DNA of 32,000 nucleotides from Dickeya solani IPO 2222 (GTDB lineage Bacteria; Pseudomonadota; Gammaproteobacteria; Enterobacterales; Enterobacteriaceae): NCBI RefSeq assembly GCF_001644705.1, contig NZ_CP015137.1, positions 4,380,001 to 4,412,000 of the forward strand, read 5' to 3'. Shown piece by piece: positions 1 to 10,882 of this stretch (position 1 is its first letter; each line of letters starts with the position of its first letter). The notes under the pieces were generated by a model. It saw only the letters and a program-made list of their open reading frames with translations, ran no database searches and was not told where the DNA came from. The position numbers and the translations under genes were made by a program.

Positions 1-153
1 CAGCAATGCCAGCCAGCCGCCGGTCAGCAGGACCCGGGCGGTTTTCTGCCAACGGGAAAACCACAGCAGGGCGAGGGCGAGGCCCATCACCAGCATCAGC
101 AACGGTAGCGGCAATAACAGACTACCGATGTATTTTTTGACGGCAAACAGCAT
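1..153 (-). CDS. elyC: ElyC/YcbC-like envelope biogenesis protein, N-terminal part (gene runs off the left edge)
   Basis: Minus strand from ATG (complement of 151-153) reads MLFAVKKYIGSLLLPLPLLMLVMGLALALLWFSRWQKTARVLLTGGWLALL. This resembles the E. coli ElyC N-terminus as I recall it. The gene sits divergent from cmoM-mukFEB, as in E. coli. Confidence 0.75.
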   Translation of the reverse strand, partial: MLFAVKKYIGSLLLPLPLLMLVMGLALALLWFSRWQKTARVLLTGGWLALL

Positions 154-304
154 AAAATAGCGTCCCTTTTGAATGAAAAACCGCCATACGGGCGAAAATA
201 GGCGTTCAGACCATTCATTCTAGGCCAGCCTGTGACAGAATGTCAGGTTCAGAGAAAAACCAGTTGTTTAGGTAGTACAGTCACCCATCATGCGGAACCG
301 TGGA

Positions 305-1144
305 ATGCAGGATCGTAATTTTAACGATATCGCTGACAAATTTGCTCGAAACATTTATGGCACCACCAAGGGGCAGCTGCGTCAGGCGGTATTGTGGCAG
401 GATCTGGAAATCTTGCTGACGCGCCTGCCGTCACAACCGCTGCGCATTCTGGATGCGGGCGGCGGCGAAGGGCCGATGTCCCGCCGTCTGGCCGCGTTGG
501 GACATCAGGTATTGTTGTGCGATCTGTCCGATGAGATGATTGCGCGCGCCCGTGAGGCGGCTCAGGAGCAAGGGGTGGCTGATAATATGCGCTTTGTGCG
601 GTGCGCCGCGCAGGATGTCGGCGCGCATTTGTCGCAGCCGGTGGATCTGGTGCTGTTTCACGCCGTGCTGGAGTGGGTGGCGGAGCCGCAGCAGGCGTTG
701 CGGGCGCTGACCGACTGTCTGGCGCCGGGCGGCGCGTTGTCGCTGATGTTTTACAACCATCAGGCGTTGGTGATGCGCAACATGGTGCTGGGCAATTTCG
801 GCTATGTCGACGCCGGCATGCCCAAGCGCAAACGCCGTTCGTTGTCGCCGGATCACCCGCTTGACCCGCCGCAGGTCTACCAGTGGCTTGACGAACTCGG
901 GCTACAAGTGAGCGGCAAGACCGGCATACGGGTGTTTCATGACTACCTGCAGAACAAGCAACAACAGATTGACGATTTTGACCTGCTGCTGGCGCTGGAG
1001 CAGCGCTACTGTCGGCAGGAACCCTTTGTCAGCCTGGGGCGCTACATTCATGTTATGGCGCACAAGCATGTTATGGCGCACAAGCATGTTATGGCGCACA
1101 AGCCTGTCATGGCGCACAAGCCCCCTATGAAGGATGCATTATGA
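305..1144 (+). CDS. cmoM: SAM-dependent tRNA cmo5U methyltransferase CmoM (SmtA)
   Basis: ORF 290..1144. From the Met at 305 it reads [34 protein letters not shown], with SAM motif LDAGGGEG, colinear with E. coli CmoM. Its stop overlaps the mukF start (ATGA, 1141-1144). Start 305 was chosen by homology; 290 is also possible. Confidence 0.9.
   Translation: MQDRNFNDIADKFARNIYGTTKGQLRQAVLWQDLEILLTRLPSQPLRILDAGGGEGPMSRRLAALGHQVLLCDLSDEMIARAREAAQEQGVADNMRFVRCAAQDVGAHLSQPVDLVLFHAVLEWVAEPQQALRALTDCLAPGGALSLMFYNHQALVMRNMVLGNFGYVDAGMPKRKRRSLSPDHPLDPPQVYQWLDELGLQVSGKTGIRVFHDYLQNKQQQIDDFDLLLALEQRYCRQEPFVSLGRYIHVMAHKHVMAHKHVMAHKPVMAHKPPMKDAL
1049..1120 (+). repeat. 18-bp in-frame tandem repeat x4 (catgttatggcgcacaag x3, then cctgtcatggcgcacaag) at the cmoM 3' end
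   Basis: Read directly. Units are 1049-1066, 1067-1084, 1085-1102 and 1103-1120. They encode [24 protein letters not shown]. Confidence 0.95.
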
Positions 1145-2463
1145 GTGATTTTTCCCAGACCGTACCCGAACTGGTTGCCTGGGCGAGAAAAAATGACTTC
1201 GCCATTACGCTGCCCACCGAGCGTCTGGCGTTTTTGCTGGCTATCGCCACCCTGAACGGCGAGCGCATGGACGGCGAAATGAGCGAAGGGGAACTGGTGG
1301 ACGCCTTCCGTCATGTCAGCAAGGGCTTTGAGCAAACCAACGAAACCATTCCGGTGCGCGCCAATAATGCGATCAACGATCTGGTGCGTCAGCGGTTGAT
1401 CAACCGTTTTACCAGCGAACTGGCGGACGGCAACGCCATCTACCGTCTGACGCCGCTGGGTATCGGCATCACCGATTATTACATTCGTCAGCGTGAGTTT
1501 TCCGCGCTGCGTCTGTCGATGCAGTTGTCGATCGTAGCGCAGGAGCTGGGACGGGCGGCGGAAGCAGCCGAAGAGGGCGGTGACGAGTTCCACTGGCATC
1601 GCAATGTGTTCGCTCCGCTCAAGTATTCGGTGGCGGAGATTTTCGACAGCATCGACCTGTCGCAGCGGGTGATGGATGAGCAGCAGCAAGGGGTGAAAGA
1701 GAGTATCGCCGGGCTGCTCAATCAGGACTGGCGTGCTGCGATTTCCAGTTGCGAAAAACTGCTGACCGAGACTTCCGATACCCTGCGTGAATTGCAGGAC
1801 ACGCTGGAAGCGGCGGGCGACAAACTACAGACCAGCCTGCTGCGTATTCAGGACGCCACGCTTGGTCAGGCGGCGCTGGCGTTTGTCGACAATCTGGTAT
1901 TCGACCTGCAGGGCAAACTCGACCGCATCGTTAGCTGGGGTCAGCAGAGCATCGACCTGTGGATCGGCTATGACCGCCACGTGCATAAATTCATCCGTAC
2001 CGCCATCGACATGGATAAAAATCGCGTGTTTGCCCAGCGTTTGCGCCAGTCGGTACAGAGTTATTTCGAGGCGCCGTGGGCGCTGACCCACGCCAATGCC
2101 GACCGTCTGCTGGATATGCGTGATGAGGAGCTGGCGTTGCGTTCCGAAGAGGTCACCGGTGAACTGCCGCCGGACCTGGAGTATGAAGCCTTCAGCGAAA
2201 TCCGCGAGCAGATCGCCGCGATGATCGAGTTGGCATTGCAGAAATACAAACAGCAACAAATACCGCTTAATCTGGGCGACGTAGTGCGGGAGTACCTGAC
2301 GCAGTACCCGCGCTCGCAGCATTTCGATGTTGCCCGAATCGTGGTCGACCAGGCGGTTCGCCTGGGCGTGGCCGAAGCTGATTTCACCGGATTGCCTGCA
2401 CTGTGGCAGGCAATCAATGATTACGGAGCCAAGGTGCAGGCCCATGTCATCGATAAATATTGA
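1141..2463 (+). CDS. mukF: Chromosome partition protein MukF (kleisin)
   Basis: 440 aa, beginning [20 protein letters not shown] and ending [12 protein letters not shown]. Near-colinear with E. coli MukF (also 440 aa). Confidence 0.98.
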   Translation: MSDFSQTVPELVAWARKNDFAITLPTERLAFLLAIATLNGERMDGEMSEGELVDAFRHVSKGFEQTNETIPVRANNAINDLVRQRLINRFTSELADGNAIYRLTPLGIGITDYYIRQREFSALRLSMQLSIVAQELGRAAEAAEEGGDEFHWHRNVFAPLKYSVAEIFDSIDLSQRVMDEQQQGVKESIAGLLNQDWRAAISSCEKLLTETSDTLRELQDTLEAAGDKLQTSLLRIQDATLGQAALAFVDNLVFDLQGKLDRIVSWGQQSIDLWIGYDRHVHKFIRTAIDMDKNRVFAQRLRQSVQSYFEAPWALTHANADRLLDMRDEELALRSEEVTGELPPDLEYEAFSEIREQIAAMIELALQKYKQQQIPLNLGDVVREYLTQYPRSQHFDVARIVVDQAVRLGVAEADFTGLPALWQAINDYGAKVQAHVIDKY

Positions 2464-3172
2464 TCAACACGTTTCCGCGCGGTTGATGACCGCGCTCTCC
2501 AACACCTTGTTTCCGGCGCTGGACAGCCAGTTGCGCGCCGGGCGCCACATTGGCGTGGAGGAACTGGAAAATCACGTTTTCCTGATGGATTTTCAGGATG
2601 AGCTGGAGCAGTTTTACGGCCGTTACAACGTGGAGCTGATTCGCGCGCCGGAAGGCTTTTTCTACCTGAGGCCGCGTTCCACCACGCTGATCCCGCGTTC
2701 GGTGCTGTCCGAACTGGACATGATGGTGGGCAAGATCCTTTGCTACCTCTACCTCAGTCCGGAACGGCTGGCGCACGAGGGGATTTTCAGCCAGCAGGAG
2801 CTGTATGAGGAACTGCTGAGCCTGGCGGACGAAAACAAACTGCTGAAGCTGGTAAACCAGCGCTCTACCGGGTCGGACCTCGACCGGCAGAAACTGCAGG
2901 AAAAAGTCCGCACCTCGCTCAACCGGTTACGCCGTCTCGGCATGATTTATTTCATGGGGGCCGACAGCAGCAAATTCCGCATTACCGAGGCGGTGTTCCG
3001 CTTCGGCGCCGATGTGCGCAGCGGCGACGATCCGCGCGAGGCGCAACTGCGGATGATTCGCGACGGCGAAGCCATGCCGATTGATGGCAGCCTGTCGCTG
3101 GAAGATAGCGATGATGGCGACGGCGATAACGCTTCCAGTGATGATCAACGAGCTGAGGATGAACAGGAATGA
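2444..3172 (+). CDS. mukE: Chromosome partition protein MukE
   Basis: ATG at 2444 overlaps the mukF 3' end. Reads [37 protein letters not shown] with an acidic C-tail, like E. coli MukE. The ORF-track start at 2327 is an upstream in-frame extension. Confidence 0.96.
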   Translation: MSSINIDQHVSARLMTALSNTLFPALDSQLRAGRHIGVEELENHVFLMDFQDELEQFYGRYNVELIRAPEGFFYLRPRSTTLIPRSVLSELDMMVGKILCYLYLSPERLAHEGIFSQQELYEELLSLADENKLLKLVNQRSTGSDLDRQKLQEKVRTSLNRLRRLGMIYFMGADSSKFRITEAVFRFGADVRSGDDPREAQLRMIRDGEAMPIDGSLSLEDSDDGDGDNASSDDQRAEDEQE

Positions 3173-6100
3173 TTGAACGCGGTAAATTTCGCTCACTGAC
3201 GCTGGTTAACTGGAACGGTTTCTTTGCCCGCACCTTTGATCTGGACGAGCTGGTTACCACCCTGTCCGGGGGCAACGGCGCCGGGAAATCCACCACCATG
3301 GCGGCGTTTATCACCGCGCTGATCCCGGATCTGACGCTGCTGCACTTCCGTAATACCACCGAAGCGGGCGCCACCAGCGGTTCCCGCGACAAGGGGCTGC
3401 ACGGCAAGCTGCGCGCCGGCGTCTGTTACTCGGTGCTGGACGTGGTCAACTCCCGCCATCAGCGCGTGCTGGTCGGGGTCAGGCTGCAGCAGGTCGCCGG
3501 TCGCGACCGCAAGGTCGACATCAAACCCTTCACCATTCAGGGCTTACCGGTCGCCGTCTCGCCGACGCAGATTTTCACCCAGACGGTGGGCGAGCGTCAG
3601 GCGCGGGTATTGTCGTTGCAGGACGTGAAAGACCGGCTCGATGAGTACGAAGGCGTCCAGTTCAAGCAGTTCAACTCCATCACCGATTACCATTCGCTGA
3701 TGTTCGATCTCGGCGTCGTGCCGCGTCGGCTGCGTTCGGCATCGGACCGCAGCAAGTTCTACCGCCTGATCGAAGCCTCGCTGTACGGCGGGATTTCCAG
3801 CGCCATCACCCGGTCGTTGCGTGATTACTTGCTGCCGGAAAACAGCGGGGTGCGCAAAGCTTTCCAGGACATGGAAGCCGCGCTGCGCGAAAACCGCATG
3901 ACGCTGGAGGCGATTCGCGTTACCCAGTCGGACCGCGACCTGTTCAAGCACCTGATTTCCGAAGCCACCTCTTATGTGGCGGCGGATTACATGCGGCACG
4001 CCAATGAACGGCGTATCCATCTGGATGGTTCGCTGGCGATACGGCGTGAACTGTTCGCCAGCCGCAAACAGTTGATTACCGAGCAGACCCGCCATGTTGA
4101 AATGGCGCGTGAGCTGCAAGAGCACAGCGGCGCCGAAAGCGATCTGGAAACCGATTACCAGGCCGCCAGCGATCACCTCAATCTGGTGCAGACCGCGATG
4201 CGTCAGCAGGAGAAGATCGAACGTTACAACGCCGATCTGGAAGAGCTGAGCTACCGGCTGGAAGAGCAAAACGAGGTGGTGGAAGAGGCGCGCGACCAGC
4301 TGGAAGAGAACGAAGCCCGCGCTGACGCCGCCGAGCAGGAAGTGGACGAACTGAAAAGCCAACTGGCCGACTACCAGCAGGCGTTGGATGTGCAGCAGAC
4401 GCGCGCCATTCAGTACAACCAGGCGCAACAGGCGCTGGAGCGTGCACGCAGCTTGTGTCAGGTGCCGGAGCTGACGCCGGACAACGCTGACGAATGGCTC
4501 GACAGTTTCCAGGCCAAAGAGCAGGAAGCCACCGAGCTGCTGCTGATGCTGGAACAGAAACTGAGCGTGGCGGACGCCGCCAACAGCCAGTTCGAACAAG
4601 CGTACCAACTGGTGTGCCGCATTGCCGGCGCCATCAGCCGCAGCGAAGCCTGGGACGTGGCCCGTGATTTGCTGCGCGAGAGCTCTTCCCAGCGCTATCT
4701 GGCCGAGCAGGTGCAGCCGCTGCGCATGCGGTTGTCGGAGCTAGAGCAACGCCAGCGCGAGCAGCAGGACGCCGAACGGCTGTTGCAGGAGTTCGTCAAG
4801 CGCAGCGGTCAGGATTACCAGCCGGAAGATCTCGACAGCCTGCAGCAGGAGCTGGAAGCCCGTATCGAAGACCTGTCCGTCCGCGTGTCGGAAGCCGGCG
4901 AGCACCGTCTGGCGCTGCGTCAGGAACTGGAACAAATCCAACAGCGTATCACGCAGCTGACCGCCCGCGCGCCGGTATGGCTGGCGGCGCAGGAAGCCCT
5001 GACCCAGCTTGGCGAGCAGAGCGGCGAAAACTTTGCCGACAGTCAGCAGGTCACCGAATACATGCAGCAACTGCTGGAGCGCGAACGTGAAACCACGGTG
5101 GAACGCGACAGCGTGGCGGTGCGCAAGCAGCAGGTGGATGCGCAGATTGAGCGCCTGAGCCAGCCGGGCGGCTCCGAAGACCCGCGCCTTAACGCGCTGG
5201 CGGAGCGGTTTGGCGGGGTGCTGTTATCTGAAATTTATGACGACGTCACGCTGGATGACGCACCGTACTTCTCCGCGTTATACGGTCCGTCGCGTCATGC
5301 CATCGTGGTGGCGGATCTGTCGCTGGTGCGCGAACAACTGGCCGATCTGGACGATTGCCCGGAAGATCTCTACTTGATCGAAGGGGATCCGCAATCGTTC
5401 GACGACAGCGTGTTCGAGGTAGAAGAGCTGGAAAAAGCGGTGGTGGTGAAAATCGCCGAGCGCCAGTGGCGCTACTCGCGCTTCCCGGAGTTGCCGCTGT
5501 TTGGTCGCGCCGCCCGCGAGCAGCGGTTGGAGAGTTTGCGTGAAACGCGCGAGCAACTGGCCGAGCAGTACGCCACGCTGTCGTTTGACGTACAGAAGAT
5601 TCAGCGTTTGCATCAGGCGTTCAGCCGCTTTATCGGCAGCCACCTGGCGGTAGTGTTCGAATCGGATCCGGAAGCGGAAATTCGCCAGATCAGCGGCCGG
5701 CGCGGTGAACTGGATCGCGCCATCAGCAATTTCGATAACGAAAACCAGCAGCAGCGTCAGCAGTATGAACAAGCCAAAGAGCAGGCTGGCATGCTGAACC
5801 GCCTGATTCCGCGCATCAGCCTGTTGTGCGACGACACGTTGGCGGACCGGGTGGAAGAACTGCGCGAAGAGCGGGACGAAGCCGAAGAAGCGGCCCGTTT
5901 CATGCAGCAGCACGGTGCGTCGCTGGTGAAACTGGAGCCGCTGGCGGCGGTGTTGCAGAACGACCCGCAACAGCATGAGCAGATGCGCGAAGATTACGCG
6001 CAGGCACAGGCGGCTCAGCGCGGCGCCAAACAGCAGGCGTTCGCTCTGATTGAAGTGGTGCAGCGCCGCGCGCATTTCAGCTACACCGATTCGGCGGGCA

Positions 6101-7605
6101 TGCTGAACGCCAACGTCGATCTCAACGATAAGCTGCGTCAGCGGCTGGAGCAGGCGGAGCAGGAGCGTACCCGCGCCCGCGAGCAACTGCGCCAGCAACA
6201 GGCGCAACTGACCCAGTACAGCCAGTTGCAGGCGTCGCTGAAAAGTTCTTACGACGCTAAACGCGACATGCTGAAGGAACTGACGCAGGAGCTGTCGGAC
6301 ATTGGCGTGCGCGCCGATGCGGACGCCGAAGCGCGCGCGCGCCAGCGCCGCGATGAGCTGCACGCAGCCCTGAGCGCCAACCGCTCCCGCCGCAATCAGC
6401 TGGAGAAACAGATTACCTTCTGCGAAGCGGAAATGGATGGTCTGCAGAAGAAACTGCGCAAACTGGAGCGCGATTATCACGTAATGCGCGAACAGGTGGT
6501 GACCGCCAAAGCGGGCTGGTGCGCGGTGATGCGGCTGGTGAAAGACAATGGCGTCGAACGCCGCCTGCATCGTCGTGAACTGGCGTACATGAGCGGCGAC
6601 GATCTGCGCTCCATGTCGGATAAGGCGCTGGGGGCGTTGCGTCAGGCGGTGGCGGACAACGAACACCTGCGCGATGTGCTGCGTATGTCGGAAGATCCGA
6701 AACGGCCGGAGCGCAAAATACAGTTCTACATCGCGGTATACCAGCATCTGCGCGAGCGTATCCGTCAGGATATCATCCGTACCGATGACCCGGTGGAAGC
6801 CATCGAGCAGATGGAGATCGAACTAAACCGGCTGACCGAAGAGTTGACTGCCCGCGAGAAGACGCTGGCGATCAGTTCCCGCAGCGTGGCGAACATCATC
6901 CGCAAAACCATTCAGCGCGAGCAGAACCGCATCCGTATGCTCAACCAGGGGTTGCAGGCGGTGTCGTTCGGCCAGGTGAAGAGCGTACGGCTGAATGTCA
7001 ACGTACGCGAAACCCACACCACGCTGCTCAATGTGCTGTCCGAGCAGCAGGAACTGCATCAGGACCTGTTCAACAGCACCCGCCTGACCTTCTCCGAAGC
7101 GCTGGCGAAGCTGTATCAGCGCCTGAACCCGGAAATCGACATGGGGCAGCGTACGCCGCAGACCATCGGCGAAGAGCTGCTGGATTACCGCAACTATCTG
7201 GAGATGGAAGTGGAAGTCAACCGCGGCGCCGACGGCTGGCTGCGTGCCGAGAGCGGAGCGCTGTCCACCGGCGAGGCCATCGGTACCGGGATGTCGATTT
7301 TGGTGATGGTGGTGCAGAGCTGGGAAGAAGAGTCCCGTCGTCTGCGCGGCAAGGATATTTCACCGTGCCGCCTGCTGTTCCTCGACGAAGCGGCGCGTCT
7401 GGATGCCAAGTCCATCGCCACCTTGTTCGAACTGTGCGAACGGTTGGAAATGCAGCTGATTATCGCTGCGCCGGAGAACATCAGCCCGGAAAAAGGCACC
7501 ACCTACAAGCTGGTGCGAAAAGTGTTCCAGAACCACGAACATGTACACGTGGTCGGGCTGCGCGGGTTTGGCGCCGAAACGAAAGAGAATCTGCCGACGC
7601 CGTAA
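3169..7605 (+). CDS. mukB: Chromosome partition protein MukB (SMC-like ATPase)
   Basis: 1478 aa. Walker A is GGNGAGKST, followed by long coiled-coil arms; the C-terminal head carries LSTGE and LLFLDEA motifs. ATGA overlap with the mukE stop. Confidence 0.98.
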   Translation: MIERGKFRSLTLVNWNGFFARTFDLDELVTTLSGGNGAGKSTTMAAFITALIPDLTLLHFRNTTEAGATSGSRDKGLHGKLRAGVCYSVLDVVNSRHQRVLVGVRLQQVAGRDRKVDIKPFTIQGLPVAVSPTQIFTQTVGERQARVLSLQDVKDRLDEYEGVQFKQFNSITDYHSLMFDLGVVPRRLRSASDRSKFYRLIEASLYGGISSAITRSLRDYLLPENSGVRKAFQDMEAALRENRMTLEAIRVTQSDRDLFKHLISEATSYVAADYMRHANERRIHLDGSLAIRRELFASRKQLITEQTRHVEMARELQEHSGAESDLETDYQAASDHLNLVQTAMRQQEKIERYNADLEELSYRLEEQNEVVEEARDQLEENEARADAAEQEVDELKSQLADYQQALDVQQTRAIQYNQAQQALERARSLCQVPELTPDNADEWLDSFQAKEQEATELLLMLEQKLSVADAANSQFEQAYQLVCRIAGAISRSEAWDVARDLLRESSSQRYLAEQVQPLRMRLSELEQRQREQQDAERLLQEFVKRSGQDYQPEDLDSLQQELEARIEDLSVRVSEAGEHRLALRQELEQIQQRITQLTARAPVWLAAQEALTQLGEQSGENFADSQQVTEYMQQLLERERETTVERDSVAVRKQQVDAQIERLSQPGGSEDPRLNALAERFGGVLLSEIYDDVTLDDAPYFSALYGPSRHAIVVADLSLVREQLADLDDCPEDLYLIEGDPQSFDDSVFEVEELEKAVVVKIAERQWRYSRFPELPLFGRAAREQRLESLRETREQLAEQYATLSFDVQKIQRLHQAFSRFIGSHLAVVFESDPEAEIRQISGRRGELDRAISNFDNENQQQRQQYEQAKEQAGMLNRLIPRISLLCDDTLADRVEELREERDEAEEAARFMQQHGASLVKLEPLAAVLQNDPQQHEQMREDYAQAQAAQRGAKQQAFALIEVVQRRAHFSYTDSAGMLNANVDLNDKLRQRLEQAEQERTRAREQLRQQQAQLTQYSQLQASLKSSYDAKRDMLKELTQELSDIGVRADADAEARARQRRDELHAALSANRSRRNQLEKQITFCEAEMDGLQKKLRKLERDYHVMREQVVTAKAGWCAVMRLVKDNGVERRLHRRELAYMSGDDLRSMSDKALGALRQAVADNEHLRDVLRMSEDPKRPERKIQFYIAVYQHLRERIRQDIIRTDDPVEAIEQMEIELNRLTEELTAREKTLAISSRSVANIIRKTIQREQNRIRMLNQGLQAVSFGQVKSVRLNVNVRETHTTLLNVLSEQQELHQDLFNSTRLTFSEALAKLYQRLNPEIDMGQRTPQTIGEELLDYRNYLEMEVEVNRGADGWLRAESGALSTGEAIGTGMSILVMVVQSWEEESRRLRGKDISPCRLLFLDEAARLDAKSIATLFELCERLEMQLIIAAPENISPEKGTTYKLVRKVFQNHEHVHVVGLRGFGAETKENLPTP

Positions 7606-7627
7606 TCTCCTGGCGTCACTCTCATCG

Positions 7628-7672
7628 GCATAACGCTCCTCTGCATAACGTTCCTCTGCGTAACAATGCGCC
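7628..7672. repeat. 15-bp tandem array (gcataacgctcctct, gcataacgttcctct, degenerate gcgtaacaatgcgcc)
   Basis: Read directly, 23 nt after the mukB stop. The third unit merges into the hairpin listed next. Confidence 0.7.
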
Positions 7673-7694
7673 ATACCGTCGGGTATGGCGCATT
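7665..7694 (+). terminator. Perfect 13-bp stem hairpin downstream of mukB (aatgcgccatacc gtcg ggtatggcgcatt)
   Basis: Perfect inverted repeat with a 4-nt loop, 60 nt after the mukB stop. No U-run follows, so its terminator function is uncertain. Confidence 0.45.
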
Positions 7695-7921
7695 GTCCCT
7701 CGCGATTCCCGTCTCTTTGCCGGTGCGGCATTTTCGTCTGCGCCCGACTCGTTCTTATCCGAATGCGATTTTCCCCTTGGCAGGCGCGGCGTTTCGCCGA
7801 GTCATCCCTGCCTGCGTTACGTAATTTCTCTGTGGACGTCAGCGTGGTGATGGCGCGGCGATCGCTGTTCCCTCACCGCGCTGGCAAGGCTATTCCGATA
7901 TGCAGACTCATGGAGATGAAC

Positions 7922-9367
7922 ATGGTAGACAGACTGACACCCTATAAACTGGCACCGCTGGCGGATGACGCGGTAGTGTCAAATTACGTTAAGAACATCA
8001 GCAATTACGTGATGACCAACAACCCGAACGCCGAAGGGTATAGCGCCCTGAACAAGTCGGGCATTCTGCTACAAACGCATGAAACGAAACGATTTGGTCA
8101 CAATGCGATTTCCGCAGGCAAAGCCATCGGCACGATTCTGATCATTTCCAACCAACTGATGAGCGGGCTGGCGACCATGAAGGCGTGGGCGAAGACGTTG
8201 AGTGACGCCGCGACGTCGGATGCAGTGAGATTTCAGAATGTCGAATGGCTGATTCATCTGCACCTGAATTCACCCTTGATGAACGACTGGGCTATCACCA
8301 CCGGGGCGGCGAATCTGATCAAAGAGCTGGAGGCGCAGGGAAAGGGAACGGTAAAAATCCGTTTTGCCATTGATTGCAGCGCCTGGTTGATGAACCGGGA
8401 GCATCGGAAGCTGGACGATGCCGTCGCGCCCGCCGACGCAGATTTATCGAAAGTGAAAGGCAAATTGTCATTGCGGGAGAGTCGGTTGAAAACCATACCC
8501 TATGGGCTGCTGCGAGCGTTTGGTTTGCACAAAGCTATGTTGCTGAACAATCGCCCCCAGAATGCTGCCGACGAAGCCCGCGACCTTTACCTGATTGTCG
8601 ATGTGGAACCGGGCGAGGCGTTGGTTCCTTATTTGGATACGCCGGATAAAGAGATTGGCAGCAACCGTGCGAGGTGCTTTCTGGCAACCTGGAATATGCT
8701 GAACAGCGGTCGCAAAGTGGTCTATAACCGGTTGCAGTGGTTGCCGCATTATGCTGGTACCATGGCAGCGGAATGGTACAACATGAAATACCCTGACGGC
8801 GCGCCGATGGATAGCGTGAATGGCAAAGATATCCGAATCATCAAGAGCAATGAAACCAAGCTGAAAGTCGAGCTGGCGGTGAAAACCTGCATGGATAAAC
8901 TGACCGCGTTCCTGAATACCGCTGGTGTTACCAGCCCTTATCCCAGCGAGCCTTTGCTGGGGTTCAGCATAAAGGATTATGCGTCTCCGCAGGTGATCAC
9001 GGCGATGGCGGGAACGACGGCTAAATCGAAGGTAGGAGCCGAACGGGAGTTCATGCTGGGTGGCAAGGCGGTGGCCTATGTGGAAGTGTGCAATGTCATG
9101 GGAATCGGCTCCGGTGAAGGGCAGTCCCTGACAGAAAATGTACTGGGTAAGAATAATGTCGCGGACAATGCCGGCACTCGGATTTGGACCTCCTCATGGG
9201 GAGTCTTAAAGGATATTGTCGCCAGCAAGCTGCGTCTGGAACGGGTGGAGTCCGGCGGTACGGTCAGCTATGAGGTCAAAGCGAAGATAACCGTGCAGGA
9301 TTTGAAGGATATGGGTGGGGTCTATGTGGGCACAGATCCGGGAACGACCGTTATCGTTGATTTCTGA
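7922..9367 (+). CDS. Hypothetical protein, 481 aa, no family recognised
   Basis: ORF 7685..9367. ATG at 7922 is preferred because GGAGA lies 5 nt upstream. Starts MVDRLTPYKLAPLADDAVV. No signal peptide. One hydrophobic segment (AISAGKAIGTILIISNQLMSGLATM). A terminator follows at 9416-9443. Confidence 0.75.
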   Translation: MVDRLTPYKLAPLADDAVVSNYVKNISNYVMTNNPNAEGYSALNKSGILLQTHETKRFGHNAISAGKAIGTILIISNQLMSGLATMKAWAKTLSDAATSDAVRFQNVEWLIHLHLNSPLMNDWAITTGAANLIKELEAQGKGTVKIRFAIDCSAWLMNREHRKLDDAVAPADADLSKVKGKLSLRESRLKTIPYGLLRAFGLHKAMLLNNRPQNAADEARDLYLIVDVEPGEALVPYLDTPDKEIGSNRARCFLATWNMLNSGRKVVYNRLQWLPHYAGTMAAEWYNMKYPDGAPMDSVNGKDIRIIKSNETKLKVELAVKTCMDKLTAFLNTAGVTSPYPSEPLLGFSIKDYASPQVITAMAGTTAKSKVGAEREFMLGGKAVAYVEVCNVMGIGSGEGQSLTENVLGKNNVADNAGTRIWTSSWGVLKDIVASKLRLERVESGGTVSYEVKAKITVQDLKDMGGVYVGTDPGTTVIVDF

Positions 9368-9415
9368 GTGACGCACGTCGTCGTCGGGGCGGTATAATGT
9401 TGATAACAAACCTAT

Positions 9416-9443
9416 TCGGGCTGTGTGATACAGCCCGATTTTT
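9416..9443 (+). terminator. Rho-independent terminator (tcgggctgt gtgat acagcccga ttttt)
   Basis: 9-bp perfect stem, 5-nt loop and a T5 run, 49 nt after the stop of the 481-aa gene. Confidence 0.8.
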
Positions 9444-10781
9444 ATGGCGAAATGTATCAGGACGAATAAATTGAATATCAATGCATTACCACTGGATGCC
9501 AATATCAATGGCTGGTCGGCGATGTTGCCGCCGCGAGTAGCGAAACCGGCGTTGCGCCAGTCAATTAGCGCTGATTGGCTGGTGATTGGCGCGGGTTACG
9601 CCGGGCTGGCGTTCGCCCGCCGGATAGCGGAGAACCGCCCGCATGAGCAGGTGGTGGTGTTGGATGCGGTTGACATTGATGACAGCGCGTCCGCGCGCAA
9701 TTCCGGGTTCGCCATCGACCTGCCGCACAATATCGGCAGTTCCACCGCGGAACTGGAAAAAGCCGCCAACTATCGCCGCCTGCTGCACGCCGGGCTGGCG
9801 CAACTGGAAACGCTGATCGCCGGCAATCGCATTGAGTGCGACTGGAACCGCCACGGTAAGTATCATTGCATTGTTCGCCCTGAACTGCATGGATTGCTGG
9901 AACAGTACACCCACGAATTGCAGGCGCTGTCAGAACCCTACCAGCTATTGCAGGGCGATGCGCTGGCCCGCAAGCTGGGCACGGCCTATTACCATGCGGC
10001 GATCCATACACCGAATTGCGTGTTGCTCAACCCGGCGGCGCTGGTCCGGGGGCTGGCGGATAGCCTGCCCGACAACGTGACGCTGTATGAGCGCTCGCCA
10101 GCGCTGGAGATTCAACCCGGCAAAACGGTGCGGGTGCGCACGCCTTACGGCAAGGTGCGGGCCCGGCATCTGATGGTGGCGACCAACGGCTGCGCCCGGC
10201 AACTGCCGATGTTCTCCCGTCAGGTAGTGGGGTTGTCGACGTTTGCCACCCTCACCGGACCGCTGACGGCGGAGCAGCAACAGCGTATCGGCCAGATTGA
10301 CGCGTGGGGGATGACGCCGGCTAATGCCATAGCGGGCGCCACGCTGCGCTATACCCGCGATCATCGCTTCCTGATTCGCCAGCATGTGACCTATGTGCCG
10401 AGTTACACTGTCACGGCACGCTACACCGTGGAGATGACGCGACGGCATCAGGCGATCTTCCTGTCCCGCTTTCCGCAACTGGCCGAGGTGCCGGTCGCTC
10501 ATACCTGGTCCGGCATGATCAGCGTCACCCGTAACGGGGCGCCGGGCTGGGGAAAATATGCTGATAATCTGTATGCGGCCGTGGGGTGCAACGGCGCCGG
10601 TATCTCCAAACAGACCGTTGCCGGCAGCACGCTGGCGGACCTGGCGACCGGCATCGATAATCCGCTGATTGCCGATATGCAGGCGTTAGGTCAACCCAGC
10701 TATATTCCGCCGCGCCCGTTGCTGGATATTGGCGTGCGCGGCAGTATTTTGAAAGAACGTTGGTTGGGACGAAAGGAATAA
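9444..10781 (+). CDS. FAD-dependent oxidoreductase (DAO family, PuuB/OrdL-like)
   Basis: N-terminal Rossmann motif DWLVIGAGYAGLAFARRIAE. Length and layout resemble gamma-glutamylputrescine-oxidase-type flavoenzymes. The start is ambiguous: ATG 9444 abuts the terminator T-run, and TTG 9471 has AGGA 8 nt upstream. Confidence 0.85.
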   Translation: MAKCIRTNKLNINALPLDANINGWSAMLPPRVAKPALRQSISADWLVIGAGYAGLAFARRIAENRPHEQVVVLDAVDIDDSASARNSGFAIDLPHNIGSSTAELEKAANYRRLLHAGLAQLETLIAGNRIECDWNRHGKYHCIVRPELHGLLEQYTHELQALSEPYQLLQGDALARKLGTAYYHAAIHTPNCVLLNPAALVRGLADSLPDNVTLYERSPALEIQPGKTVRVRTPYGKVRARHLMVATNGCARQLPMFSRQVVGLSTFATLTGPLTAEQQQRIGQIDAWGMTPANAIAGATLRYTRDHRFLIRQHVTYVPSYTVTARYTVEMTRRHQAIFLSRFPQLAEVPVAHTWSGMISVTRNGAPGWGKYADNLYAAVGCNGAGISKQTVAGSTLADLATGIDNPLIADMQALGQPSYIPPRPLLDIGVRGSILKERWLGRKE

Positions 10782-10882
10782 TCAGCCAGAACGCCGCTAC
10801 GGATGGCGGCGGATCAAACCAGAATGATATTTCCCTCCACAACGGCGTCTCTGAGGTTGAATTTTCCGGGGCGTTATTTTTA

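Noticed and set aside
290-304. cmoM start at ATG 290 (MRNRG...)
   Set aside because: Colinearity with E. coli CmoM begins at MQDRNF (305). Neither start has a good SD, so 290 remains a minor alternative.
3544-6747. Long antisense ORFs inside mukB (354 aa at 3544..4608 and 489 aa at 5278..6747, both minus strand)
   Set aside because: They are low-complexity Leu/Arg/Gln/Phe-rich mirror images of the coiled-coil coding strand in high-GC DNA, and they sit entirely within a confidently assigned gene. The same reasoning rejects the antisense ORFs in cueO, the OYE gene, nudK (17657..18430), deoR (18326..18976), the LysR gene, the nitrilase gene, ycdX, mdtH and yceH.
7685-7921. N-terminal 79-codon extension of the 560-aa ORF
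   Set aside because: The extension (MAHCPSRFPSLCRCGIF...) is Cys/Arg-rich and starts inside the mukB hairpin. An internal ATG at 7922 with a GGAGA SD is a better start.
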